Shown in pieces: positions 39,377 through 48,541 of a DNA stretch of 64,000 bases. The position numbers were made by a program, and so were the translations under genes. Origin of the DNA: an uncultured Candidatus Saccharibacteria bacterium (GTDB lineage Bacteria > Patescibacteriota > Doudnabacteria > UBA920); assembly GCA_964600695.1 (NCBI GenBank), contig CAZRKK010000001.1:168647-232646 (forward strand). The letters run 5' to 3'. Under the pieces are notes generated by a model, which made no database searches, was not told the origin of the DNA, and worked only from the letters and a program-made list of their open reading frames with translations. Position 1 is the stretch's first letter, and every line of letters begins with the position of its first letter.

Positions 39377-41227
39377 TTATTTTATTTCTGCTAAATCTTC
39401 TTTGCTTTGTTCAATTTCTAGCAACTGTTTTGGGTCCGTGGTAATAATCTGGTCTTCCACATAAGATGCATATATCTTGATAGCTGCGTGCTTTAACCCA
39501 GCAAAGAAAATTCCTTCTCCAACATCACTTTCTAATAATAGATATTTCTCCCCTTCGGTTAAAAAGAAAGTTTCGGCAACAATATCTACAGCCGCAGGGC
39601 TTTGTTTAAGCAATAATTGAATTGAAGAGTTGGTAACAATTGGTTTACCATAACTACTAGCCATAAAGTCGGCTACGTCTTGAGTGATAGTAGTCAATCC
39701 TAAGTAATACTTACGAGCCCGCTTAGCGATACCAAATACGAATCGAGCAGAATCTTCATGTTGCATCATAATCCAAGCCTCATCTAATACCAAAATTCGG
39801 CGCTTTAATTGACTTCGCACCACATTCCAAATATGCCCCAAAATAATGTACATTGCGATTGGTCGAAGAGAATCTTCTAGGTCTCGAATAGAAAATACTA
39901 GTAGCTGATTTTGTAATACTACGTTAGTTTGGTTATTTAATAATCCTGCGAAAGTTCCTTCGGTAAATTTACCTAATCTCATAGCCAAAGATTCGCCACC
40001 GACCATTCCACTTAAAATTTCGATAAGATCGCTCATAACTGGCATTTCGACTGTCGCAAAATCAGATGTTTCGTTTATATCTTTCTTAGCGTATGTTTGC
40101 CACATAGCTTTATCTAAAATGGCTTCTTCTGTCGGATCAAGCTTACCTAAGACCAAGCCCATCAAGCCGATTAAATTAATAATGGCGCTACGAAGAATAT
40201 CACCCTTGTCTTCATCTTCTAAGCCAATTGGCAAATCGAATGGATTGATACGAAAATCTGAGTTTAAAGAAATATTTAAATAAGTTCCGCCAACAGCTTC
40301 GGCTAAATGCTGATATTCATTTTCTGGATCCACGACTATCACTTCGATACCCACCATCAATGAGCGGAGGATTTCTAATTTTACAGCATAAGACTTTCCT
40401 GCCCCAGATTTTGCAAACACAACAAAGTTAGCATTTTCCATCTGAAATCTATCGAACAAAATTAAACTGTTATTATGACGGTTAATACCATACAAAATTC
40501 CATCGTTACCGGTTAGATCCGAAGATACAAATGGAAAAGTACTAGATAGCGGGCTAGTGTTAAGATTGCTAGCAACATCAAGATCATCGATTGCAAGCGG
40601 TAATGTAGAATTATACCCTGCCTCCACAGCCAACAAAGCTCTTTTTGTCACTACTAATTTGGCACCCAAAGCACTCTCTAAAATTTTGGAGTTCTTGTCT
40701 AATTCTTCTAAGTTTTCGCAATAAAGGGTGAAGTACAACGCAAAACGGAAGAAATGTTCTACACCTTGCTGAAGTTCGTCACGCAATTCTTCTACGTCAT
40801 GATAAGCGGTTTCTAGCAAAGGATTACGAGCTAAACCTTTTTCTTGTTCAATAGTCATCTGAGAACCAATTTCACCCACCTTGCTACGCAATTTTTTTAG
40901 AACCATTCCGGAGTCGATTGGATAAATAAACATCGAAACATCCAAAGCACTCTCGGAGTTTATAATAAACGATAACCAATTTGTAGACAAGAATCGAGGA
41001 TATGCCAAAACAAAGAAGCTACGTCCAAATTTACCGTTTAGTTCAAAATACGAATTAGAAAATTTTAAACTACTTGGGGCAAGTAAATCTTTAAGAGTAG
41101 TAACACCTTCGCGATACTCTTTTTCGACTTGAGCCAACTTTCCCTCGGCAGAAATCTGCCCCTTAAGGTGCTCTAACTCTTCCTTCTTTTTGTCGAGCTC
41201 TGATTTGTTAAATGAAAATAAACCCAT
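39377..41227 (-). CDS. VirB4/TraE/CagE-family T4SS ATPase, C-terminal ATPase portion (616 aa)
   Basis: Walker A (FAKSGAGKSY) and Walker B (RILVLDEAWIMM) are present. The YPRFLSTNWL segment is typical of Gram-positive-type VirB4 proteins. Confidence 0.8.
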   Translation of the reverse strand: MGLFSFNKSELDKKKEELEHLKGQISAEGKLAQVEKEYREGVTTLKDLLAPSSLKFSNSYFELNGKFGRSFFVLAYPRFLSTNWLSFIINSESALDVSMFIYPIDSGMVLKKLRSKVGEIGSQMTIEQEKGLARNPLLETAYHDVEELRDELQQGVEHFFRFALYFTLYCENLEELDKNSKILESALGAKLVVTKRALLAVEAGYNSTLPLAIDDLDVASNLNTSPLSSTFPFVSSDLTGNDGILYGINRHNNSLILFDRFQMENANFVVFAKSGAGKSYAVKLEILRSLMVGIEVIVVDPENEYQHLAEAVGGTYLNISLNSDFRINPFDLPIGLEDEDKGDILRSAIINLIGLMGLVLGKLDPTEEAILDKAMWQTYAKKDINETSDFATVEMPVMSDLIEILSGMVGGESLAMRLGKFTEGTFAGLLNNQTNVVLQNQLLVFSIRDLEDSLRPIAMYIILGHIWNVVRSQLKRRILVLDEAWIMMQHEDSARFVFGIAKRARKYYLGLTTITQDVADFMASSYGKPIVTNSSIQLLLKQSPAAVDIVAETFFLTEGEKYLLLESDVGEGIFFAGLKHAAIKIYASYVEDQIITTDPKQLLEIEQSKEDLAEIK

Positions 41228-41228
41228 A

Positions 41229-41915
41229 TTATTTTTGTAAATCTTTAATCGTCACCTTAGTTAATTGCTCTGCGTCGATATTTGGGCCAGAAGCAAAATT
41301 GTAAGAGTTATAAACTAATTCAATTAATTGGTCGGTGTTAAGCTTTACGACTCGTAAACCAGAGCTAGATAACGACGCCGAGACGGTATTAGCTCTTTCG
41401 TCTAACTGCTTTTTGTATGTGACTAAATTAGCTTCACGGTCCGTGACAGCCTTGGTTTTACCGGTTCCAAATATACGGCTAAAAATACTGGTCGCAGCTG
41501 GGTTAATACTGGTATCGTAAGGAACGATAACATAAAAGTTCTTACTCATAACATTAGCTGACTCTACTAATCGGTCAATAAACTCTATATATTCCTGAGT
41601 TTGCATTCTAAGAAGTTCATTAGTCTGCTTTTCCATCATCACTTTAAGTCTTTCGGTATATTCGGCTATGTCCATTTTGCGAGACTGCATCAAAATTTGA
41701 ACATGAAATTCCAAAGAATTCAAAAATCTTTGGTAACTATACACCAAAGCATTTTGCTCCTCTTCGCTCTTTAAATCAAAATTAGTACTAGACACAGCCA
41801 ACACTGCACGCAATGTGCCATTGTCCATAATAATCACATCATCACGTATTTCTGCGAGACGTAAAAATTGCTGAGTTGGACTGCCAATTTGTTTTTTATT
41901 TTTTGTTATTGCCAT
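41229..41915 (-). CDS. VirB4 N-terminal domain encoded as a separate 228-aa ORF
   Basis: DDVIIMDNGTLRAVLAVSSTNFDLKSEEEQNALVYSYQRFLNSLEFHVQIL follows the VirB4/PrgJ N-terminal pattern (dG.l.....v.g.nf.l.s.ee). Its stop codon sits 1 nt before the ATG of the ATPase ORF. Confidence 0.6.
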   Translation of the reverse strand: MAITKNKKQIGSPTQQFLRLAEIRDDVIIMDNGTLRAVLAVSSTNFDLKSEEEQNALVYSYQRFLNSLEFHVQILMQSRKMDIAEYTERLKVMMEKQTNELLRMQTQEYIEFIDRLVESANVMSKNFYVIVPYDTSINPAATSIFSRIFGTGKTKAVTDREANLVTYKKQLDERANTVSASLSSSGLRVVKLNTDQLIELVYNSYNFASGPNIDAEQLTKVTIKDLQK

Positions 41916-41921
41916 TTGATT

Positions 41922-42383
41922 TTATTTAGCACGATCAGTTTCTCTATTTTTTTTAATTCGCTCGATCAGACTTAACTCTTCGGTTTGCTCTTTTTGTAAT
42001 AAATAATTTAACTCTTTAATCTTTACAGCGGTACCTTTTAAGTCCTTTGGTGCCTGTTTTTCTTCGGAAATTATTGGAATGTCCATTTCGACAGATTCTT
42101 TTCCTTGTTTATGGTAAACGTACAACTTTGGACCAAAAAGGTAACTAAAAAAGTTTCCTGCGCTGGCATAGAGTGGCCGCCCGTTCAATTTACCAAAAAC
42201 CAAAGCCAACGCCGGTAATCCTGTCAGAACTGCGGTTGTAATTGTAACTGCTAAGTTTTTACTTATTGTGTAAATAACAAAAGTAAACACGGCTGCACCA
42301 AAAATTATGGCAAACTGTTTAAAGGTTAGGCCGGCAATGATTTTATCTTCGACGTCTGTAAATTGTGGGACTGGAAATTGCAT
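41922..42383 (-). CDS. VirB3/PrgI-like small 2-TM T4SS protein
   Basis: The N-terminal EDKIIAGLTFKQFAIIFGAAVF (the LT.rQ motif) is followed by two TM helices, at 153 aa. It sits immediately upstream of VirB4. Confidence 0.55.
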   Translation of the reverse strand: MQFPVPQFTDVEDKIIAGLTFKQFAIIFGAAVFTFVIYTISKNLAVTITTAVLTGLPALALVFGKLNGRPLYASAGNFFSYLFGPKLYVYHKQGKESVEMDIPIISEEKQAPKDLKGTAVKIKELNYLLQKEQTEELSLIERIKKNRETDRAK

Positions 42384-42397
42384 ATATATTATATCAT

Positions 42398-43354
42398 TTA
42401 AAAACGATTAACCTTGAGAGAAAGGAGAATGTCGGCTATAAATTCAAATTCTTCTTGTGATAAAGCCAAATTATCTTTTTTACCCATTAACATACTCTTA
42501 CCGTAATTCAAATAATCTTGATACAAAGGGCTCTGCTCAAGATTTGTAACAACCTGAAAGTAACCGTACTGAGCCGCTAGTTCATTGATAGTCTTATGAA
42601 ATGTTTCTCGATTCTGTTGATGTAGTGCTGAGCTAGTGAGATTACTGATATCCTCAAACTTACTAAGAACCATTGTATTCATAGACGAAGATACGTCTCT
42701 AATCGGAGATTTAGGAATAGACAGCGGATTAACAGGCGGCATAGGGACAGTCTCTGTAGGCTTAGGACTTGAAGGTGGCATAGGTATCGAACGTGGCCTG
42801 ATCGGAGCAGCTTGAGAATGCATTGGCATCGGCGCAGAAATGGGTCGTGGTGCGGTTTGTGGTGCTGCTGGTGATGGAGCTGATTGGAAGGTTAGAGGGT
42901 CCTGTTTTTGATCTGAAAGTTGATTAGGTAAATTACTAATATGCGACAAAGACGAGCCACCTAATGGCTTTGGTGCAGTAGCAGCTGGTGGAGTAGAAGC
43001 CACTGGCGGTATTGGAGATACTGCTGGCACCGACCTAGTTAGTGGCACTGGCCTTGTTGGTGGCATTGGCTTAGTTGGCGCGGATGGTGTTGGTGGTGTG
43101 ACTGGTGTGGTTGGTGGCATCGCCACAACTTGTGGTTGCTGTTGCGGTTGTGGTTGTTGTTGCGGTTGTTGTTGCGGTTGTGGTTGAGCGACAGGTTCTG
43201 GCTTTGGTTTTTGTAAAATTTCTTCTAGCTCTGCAATTTGCTTATCATTCATCAATTCAATTAAAGCCATCCATTCATTTTTTTCTTGCTCGCTTAAAAC
43301 AGTAGCACTTCTTACTAAGTTTTGTATCTGTTTTAATTTTTGTTCGTTTAGCAT
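42398..43354 (-). CDS. Pro/Gln-rich low-complexity protein
   Basis: A (PQQQ)n tract and a long PT/PS-rich region are present, with no TM helix. Structured N- and C-terminal ends flank the tract. Confidence 0.45.
   Translation of the reverse strand: MLNEQKLKQIQNLVRSATVLSEQEKNEWMALIELMNDKQIAELEEILQKPKPEPVAQPQPQQQPQQQPQPQQQPQVVAMPPTTPVTPPTPSAPTKPMPPTRPVPLTRSVPAVSPIPPVASTPPAATAPKPLGGSSLSHISNLPNQLSDQKQDPLTFQSAPSPAAPQTAPRPISAPMPMHSQAAPIRPRSIPMPPSSPKPTETVPMPPVNPLSIPKSPIRDVSSSMNTMVLSKFEDISNLTSSALHQQNRETFHKTINELAAQYGYFQVVTNLEQSPLYQDYLNYGKSMLMGKKDNLALSQEEFEFIADILLSLKVNRF
43131..43195. repeat. imperfect tandem trinucleotide/nonamer repeat (gttgtggtt/gttgttgcg units) encoding the PQQQ tract
   Basis: The tandem run reads gttgtggttgctgttgcggttgtggttgttgttgcggttgttgttgcggttgtgg. 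Confidence 0.6.
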
Positions 43355-43358
43355 TTTT

Positions 43359-44339
43359 TTAACTTTTAGTTTGGCCCTTGTTTCTGTTCTTGAGTTCTTC
43401 TAGTTTAGTTCGAATTTTTAATTCTTTAAGTTTTTGCTCGGCACGTTTTTCTCTACTAACAGCCTCTTGTTTTAAGTCTATGTTAGTCGGAATGTCGAAC
43501 ACCAAACCTTTTTTAGGTTGAGTGCTTAGATCTAGATCTTTTTGAGGGGCTATTTTGTAAGGAGATTGGGGTGTTTGAGGTAGTTCAGGTTCTGGAATTA
43601 TGTTCTGATCTTTTATTGGTGGTATTTCTTGCGGAGGTGTTATTTCTGGTTCTTCAGAGATTGGCTCTTCTGCTACAATTGGCTGTTCGAGCTCTGCCCC
43701 GTACTCTTCTTCAAACTTTTTTACTGCCCAATCTTGAAACTCTCGAGTGTCCTCTGGTGACAACTTTTCTGGGAGCTCTTCATAAAGATTAACTAAAGAA
43801 TCGACTCTATCATAAATTCTAAGAATACTTTGCAAGGCCTTGCGCTGACCAATAGAAAGAATCTTTAAATTAGGGCCAGTATTTATATATTTCATCTCAC
43901 CTAAAGCATCTTTCATTTCTGGATTAACCATGGATTGATAATCTAAAATCCAGTTTGCAATAGTCGGAGTTACCTGCTTCCCGTTTACATTTATTTTTTG
44001 ATCACCTAATAATTCTTGATGATTTACTAAAATTGCTTTCAATTTATAGAGAAAATCTATTTGCACATCAACATATTCTAACAGTTCAAAATAATCTGCT
44101 AATCTACTATCTAGATCAAAATCAGGAATTTGATAAGCTGCTAGAATAGACTCTTTGATGACCCCCAATAGACGTTCGGAATCCAAAGCATTCATACGTA
44201 AATAGTTGAGGCGTAAATAATCCGTACGAGGTAACTGGATTTGACTATCTCTTGCAGCCGCAACTAAAACTTCCCATGCTCTTTGAGCGTCACGGAATTT
44301 TATAGCTTCTTCAATTTTTAATTGAATTTCTGGGATCAT
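43359..44339 (-). CDS. hypothetical cytoplasmic protein with an acidic Pro/Glu-rich C-terminal region
   Basis: The 326-aa protein has no TM helix. It is translationally coupled to both neighbours. Confidence 0.45.
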   Translation of the reverse strand: MIPEIQLKIEEAIKFRDAQRAWEVLVAAARDSQIQLPRTDYLRLNYLRMNALDSERLLGVIKESILAAYQIPDFDLDSRLADYFELLEYVDVQIDFLYKLKAILVNHQELLGDQKINVNGKQVTPTIANWILDYQSMVNPEMKDALGEMKYINTGPNLKILSIGQRKALQSILRIYDRVDSLVNLYEELPEKLSPEDTREFQDWAVKKFEEEYGAELEQPIVAEEPISEEPEITPPQEIPPIKDQNIIPEPELPQTPQSPYKIAPQKDLDLSTQPKKGLVFDIPTNIDLKQEAVSREKRAEQKLKELKIRTKLEELKNRNKGQTKS

Positions 44340-47300
44340 ACAACTATATGGGGTTTAAAGATTCTTGCAACCCTTGGAGTAGCCACTTCAACCAAAGCAG
44401 AAGCAACGTGATTTCCAATTGAGTTGACTTCTTCAGGATTAGACTCAAACTTGCTTAAAATATGATCAGCAATAGGTCTGTCGATTTTCTGTCGCAAACT
44501 CTTAGACTTTTCTTTTGTATCGTAAGCTCTCAACTTTTCCTTAATTTTCGCATTAAACTGTTCAACTCCGTTACTGTCAGTATGAGTAACATCGCCCTTT
44601 TTCCACTCTGTAACCTCTTTAACCTTTTTGGTTTCCAAAACTTGCTGTTGTTGGGTAATCGTATTTAATATCCCACCACCGTTTGCTAAACTTTTTACTG
44701 CGTTAGACAAAGAAGTGTTGCCATTTTTTTCACTAGAATTAGATACTTCACGAATTATGTTAATTTGAGACTTCCCACTAACCTTTCCAAATTTTTCCTT
44801 AACAAACCCAGCGAGGTCTTCAACATTGTTTTTCTTTCCACTAGCCTTAAGCAATCTATCCAAAACTCCATTATCGGCCATCTGCTTAAAATGGGCTCTA
44901 GCAGCTGCCATATTATTCTCTTGCAAAGCTTTGTTAAAACCACTCTCTAGTTGATCATAATCAAGATCACCAAGATTTTTTTGAATATCACGAGCTTCGG
45001 AATCTTCTTTTGCCGCCAAGGCTTTGGAGAAAGGTCTTTCTCTGTATTGAGCCTTTTCGGCATCATCAGATGCTTCTTTCATATACCTCTTACGAACATC
45101 ATCATCCATAGTTCCGGTAAAGCCTAATTCAGTCCTTATGTTATTGTCATTCGTCAATACAACCGTGGCATCAGAAATATCTGCCGTAAGCTTGGCTTTT
45201 GTAGCATCGATATTTCTATTGAAGTCAGTACCCATATCATTTATATCAATGTCATTTAACCCATTAGCATCCGCGATTCCAATTGCAACATCAAGGGTAT
45301 TTTTATCATTTCGAAGTCTAGCAACTTTTGCCCGAGTGCCTGGTGTGCTATTTTGGGAATCCTCGGCTTCTGCCGCATTTAACTTTCCTTCAATATCAGA
45401 CAAGTTATCTCTTGCCATTTCGATATCCGCACGACCATTATTAAGAGCATTTAAATATCGTTGGTTAGTATTGAGATTAGTTGCCAATTCTCCCATATCT
45501 GAGTCATTACGAATTTCTGTAAATCGTTTCTTCTGCTCAGCCTGAGTCATTAATTTTTTAGAATCTTGACCCATAGCTTTCCAATACGCCATCTTCAATG
45601 GGAATAGTTTATTTTCACCCCACGGCTGGAATTTATCGGTAACGTCACTGAACTTTTCGGTAAAGCGCTTGTTCATCTCTTCCTTAGGATTATCAAACAA
45701 ACCCTTCTTTATTGCCTTACCAGCTTGAATAGGACGAGCAACGCCCATAATTGCTTTTTGTAAACCAGGGCGACCCTTTAACATTTTTGAACTAGCTAGT
45801 GCATCAGCCCCAGTATCCTTAGCCCACTTACCAGCTGCGAGAGCGCCACGTCCTGCTGCTGCAGGAACAGTCTTAGTAACAAAATCAAATCCCTTCTTGG
45901 CACCATCAACAATTTGCTTAGCACCAAATGTACCACTCTTTAAAGCGAAGTGCATACCAGCATAAAGGAAAACCAAAACAACAAAGTGAGAGATGATTGT
46001 AATGGCATACTCTGTAATTTCTTTGGCTGGATCCATACCAGCAAAAAGATAACTTGGATTTCTACCAGCTTCCACTGCATCACCAGAACGAGAAGCGAAA
46101 GTTGTTGCCATCAACGCTGTTATATTCAAGAAGAATGCCAAAATCGGAACAGTAAAAGCGTACTTAATAAACTGAGACCACCACTGATCAAAATAACTTT
46201 TTGTCTCAGGAAGTATGCGTGCTACATATGCCAAAGGTGAAACCATATACAAAAGCCACAAAGCCACGAGTCGGACTAAAATAAAAGCAATCAAAGCAAC
46301 AAACGAGAAGAAAGATGCTATGGCTAAAATTAACAGTACAATAGGTTTTGTAATATCACTTGCACTTAATTGAACAGTAAAGTTACTGTTTTCGGTTATA
46401 TTTTCTGCGAAACCACCAGAGCTATCTTGTCCTCTAAAGAACTTAATCGGATCAACCATTAACTTTTGACCCAATGCTTCTATAACTTTACTTTCAGCAG
46501 GTAAAAATTGGGATTGCACAGTATCAGCTATCCCTACAACTCCTTGGGCAATGACTAAACTAAAGTTAACTAACAAAGCCATTAACACAAGCCATAAAAT
46601 AAATCCGCGTGACTTACCAGCATCATCAACTTGAAATAAGGTACGCAAACCCATCCACAACAAAGCCAAAATAAAACCAATGTTTGCTACGTTACGTAAG
46701 ATAATCCATCCAGGGTAAATAAAGTTAACAAACTGATCTTCGTATGGTCTGATTTTTAACAATGCATTTAGTATCGGTACTAATATAATCGCAAAAATCC
46801 AGTACAACACACTGGTCATCAAGAGCACTAAATAAGAGATGACCTTACGAAGGAAATTAAATAAGTCGCTACCAGCAGTTGTCTCAGACTTAGCTTCATC
46901 AGAGGTAGTGGTTTGGGATATTGGTTCTGCAAATCCAAACTTTGCAAAATTAGGATCTTTGCTACACTTTTCCTTATCTTCTGGTTTTACATCTGCCTCA
47001 CAAGCTGCAATGATATCCTTAATATCTTTATACACCTCAACAGTAAACTTTTGTAAATTTCCAGAGCCAGCAACTAAAATAACAGGGTTAACATAGCCCC
47101 CACCACCAATATATGCTTGTGGACCAGCAGTGCCTGTAACCCCAATTATACCTGGCAAGGCAACAAACTCTGCTTGACCGATCATCTTTCCGCTACTAGT
47201 ATTTGTAGTTGCAGAACTTGTAGCAGGTTTGTCGGTGGATGTTTTTGTGGTTTTATTCTTCCACGCAGCAGATTTTAAAATAGGTTTAAAATCACCTGGT

Positions 47301-48406
47301 ATTTGACCTGGGGCTGCTTCATCACCATTACCACTACTATCACCTTTCCTAAAAACCACCTTAGAGCAATTCGTCCCAATCCAACCCGCCTCACAGGCTA
47401 TAGGCACTATACTCTTTGCGGTATCGTAGTAACTAAAATAAACTGTACTATTTTTATAGATAGGTTGATAAGTAATCCCTGCTTGCTTTCCATCATCCTT
47501 CTTGGGTAGACTGAATTTCTGCTCCGGAACTAATTTTTTTGAACCCCACTCTAAATGAACAGCATCCAAACCAGCTGTGGTTCCAAAATTTAAATCACCG
47601 TCTGTCTCTAGTACTCGATATTTTGATCTTAAACCAGCACCACCTTCTTTTGGTTTAATACTAATAGGGATTGTTTGATAGTCAACTACTTCCCCTTCCT
47701 TTACATTAGTTTGACTATTACCACTCGCTCCTACTTCAGGCAAGGTTGTTTCTTCTGGACTATCAGACTTAGCCTTGTCGTGCTTCATGTTAACCTTACC
47801 AATCGAACCAGTTGAGGAACTTAAGGTTCCATTTTTGAAAAAATAACCATAAACACAGTAATTTGTCTGGTAAGTTCTAAGGCTAGTGTCTGATAAATTT
47901 TCTATACTCAAATTTTTTATTCTCGCCCTAAACATGTTTTTCTCTGGTACGAACTCTGCATCATAACCAGTTAAACCATTTCTTGCCACTAAAGAAGTTG
48001 CGCATGTACCTGCTACATTTTCACCATATAAAAATGGTGCAAAACTATATCCTGCCCCGTTATTTGCAGTCTTACAAGCATCGGAAGTTGCTTGATCTAC
48101 AACTACCTCCATATACATATCAAACTTTTCTTTTGTCCCGACCACAGATTTATTTGCTAGGACCCGATAACTCTTAAGGCCAGAAATGATAGTTCCTACG
48201 GAAATATTACAACTAGCCCCTCTAATTGAAGGGATAGATGGCAAGCTCAACTGCGCCTCAGCAACTTTCACCCTGATAGGTAAAACAGGCAAAAATAAAG
48301 AAGCAACGAGAATCCCTAAGATAAATCTTTGGAGAATTCCCCTGCTTATTTTTAATGAGTTTGGGGTTAAAAATTTAAGTAATTTTTGTATTGATTTCTT
48401 GGTCAC
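44336..48406 (-). CDS. giant VirB6/TrbL-like polytopic membrane protein (1356 aa) with a large N-terminal extracellular region, a roughly 6-TM core and a long charged C-terminal domain
   Basis: A signal/TM segment starts the protein. About 500 aa of hydrophilic sequence is followed by a cluster of 6 to 7 hydrophobic helices from aa 520 to 830. The final roughly 500 aa are a coiled-coil-rich charged domain. This architecture resembles expanded VirB6 homologs. Confidence 0.5.
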   Translation of the reverse strand: MTKKSIQKLLKFLTPNSLKISRGILQRFILGILVASLFLPVLPIRVKVAEAQLSLPSIPSIRGASCNISVGTIISGLKSYRVLANKSVVGTKEKFDMYMEVVVDQATSDACKTANNGAGYSFAPFLYGENVAGTCATSLVARNGLTGYDAEFVPEKNMFRARIKNLSIENLSDTSLRTYQTNYCVYGYFFKNGTLSSSTGSIGKVNMKHDKAKSDSPEETTLPEVGASGNSQTNVKEGEVVDYQTIPISIKPKEGGAGLRSKYRVLETDGDLNFGTTAGLDAVHLEWGSKKLVPEQKFSLPKKDDGKQAGITYQPIYKNSTVYFSYYDTAKSIVPIACEAGWIGTNCSKVVFRKGDSSGNGDEAAPGQIPGDFKPILKSAAWKNKTTKTSTDKPATSSATTNTSSGKMIGQAEFVALPGIIGVTGTAGPQAYIGGGGYVNPVILVAGSGNLQKFTVEVYKDIKDIIAACEADVKPEDKEKCSKDPNFAKFGFAEPISQTTTSDEAKSETTAGSDLFNFLRKVISYLVLLMTSVLYWIFAIILVPILNALLKIRPYEDQFVNFIYPGWIILRNVANIGFILALLWMGLRTLFQVDDAGKSRGFILWLVLMALLVNFSLVIAQGVVGIADTVQSQFLPAESKVIEALGQKLMVDPIKFFRGQDSSGGFAENITENSNFTVQLSASDITKPIVLLILAIASFFSFVALIAFILVRLVALWLLYMVSPLAYVARILPETKSYFDQWWSQFIKYAFTVPILAFFLNITALMATTFASRSGDAVEAGRNPSYLFAGMDPAKEITEYAITIISHFVVLVFLYAGMHFALKSGTFGAKQIVDGAKKGFDFVTKTVPAAAGRGALAAGKWAKDTGADALASSKMLKGRPGLQKAIMGVARPIQAGKAIKKGLFDNPKEEMNKRFTEKFSDVTDKFQPWGENKLFPLKMAYWKAMGQDSKKLMTQAEQKKRFTEIRNDSDMGELATNLNTNQRYLNALNNGRADIEMARDNLSDIEGKLNAAEAEDSQNSTPGTRAKVARLRNDKNTLDVAIGIADANGLNDIDINDMGTDFNRNIDATKAKLTADISDATVVLTNDNNIRTELGFTGTMDDDVRKRYMKEASDDAEKAQYRERPFSKALAAKEDSEARDIQKNLGDLDYDQLESGFNKALQENNMAAARAHFKQMADNGVLDRLLKASGKKNNVEDLAGFVKEKFGKVSGKSQINIIREVSNSSEKNGNTSLSNAVKSLANGGGILNTITQQQQVLETKKVKEVTEWKKGDVTHTDSNGVEQFNAKIKEKLRAYDTKEKSKSLRQKIDRPIADHILSKFESNPEEVNSIGNHVASALVEVATPRVARIFKPHIVV

Positions 48407-48438
48407 AGAAGGTAAAATTGACTGTAAAACTTATAAAT

Positions 48439-48447
48439 ATTATACCA
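48439..48447 (-). promoter_or_regulatory. extended -10 element TGGTATAAT (minus strand), a candidate internal promoter for the VirB6-like gene
   Basis: The plus strand reads attatacca, which is TGgTATAAT on the minus strand. It lies 32 nt upstream of the ATG at 48406. Confidence 0.4.
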
Positions 48448-48480
48448 TATCGATCCTCAAAAACCCAAATATTTTGGACA

Positions 48481-48521
48481 AATAAAAAACCACTCATTTT
48501 ATTAAAATTAAATAAGTGGTT
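48481..48521 (-). terminator. intra-operon rho-independent terminator or attenuator (minus strand)
   Basis: Read on the minus strand, the hairpin aaccacttatttaattttaataaaatgagtggtt is followed by ttttttatt. Confidence 0.45.
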
Positions 48522-48541
48522 TTGAAGAAATTTATGATACT

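Noticed and set aside
43354-43359. Fusion of the 326-aa and 318-aa low-complexity ORFs into one gene
   Set aside because: They are separated by a stop and 4 nt and are in different frames, and each has its own Met start. They are left as two coupled genes.
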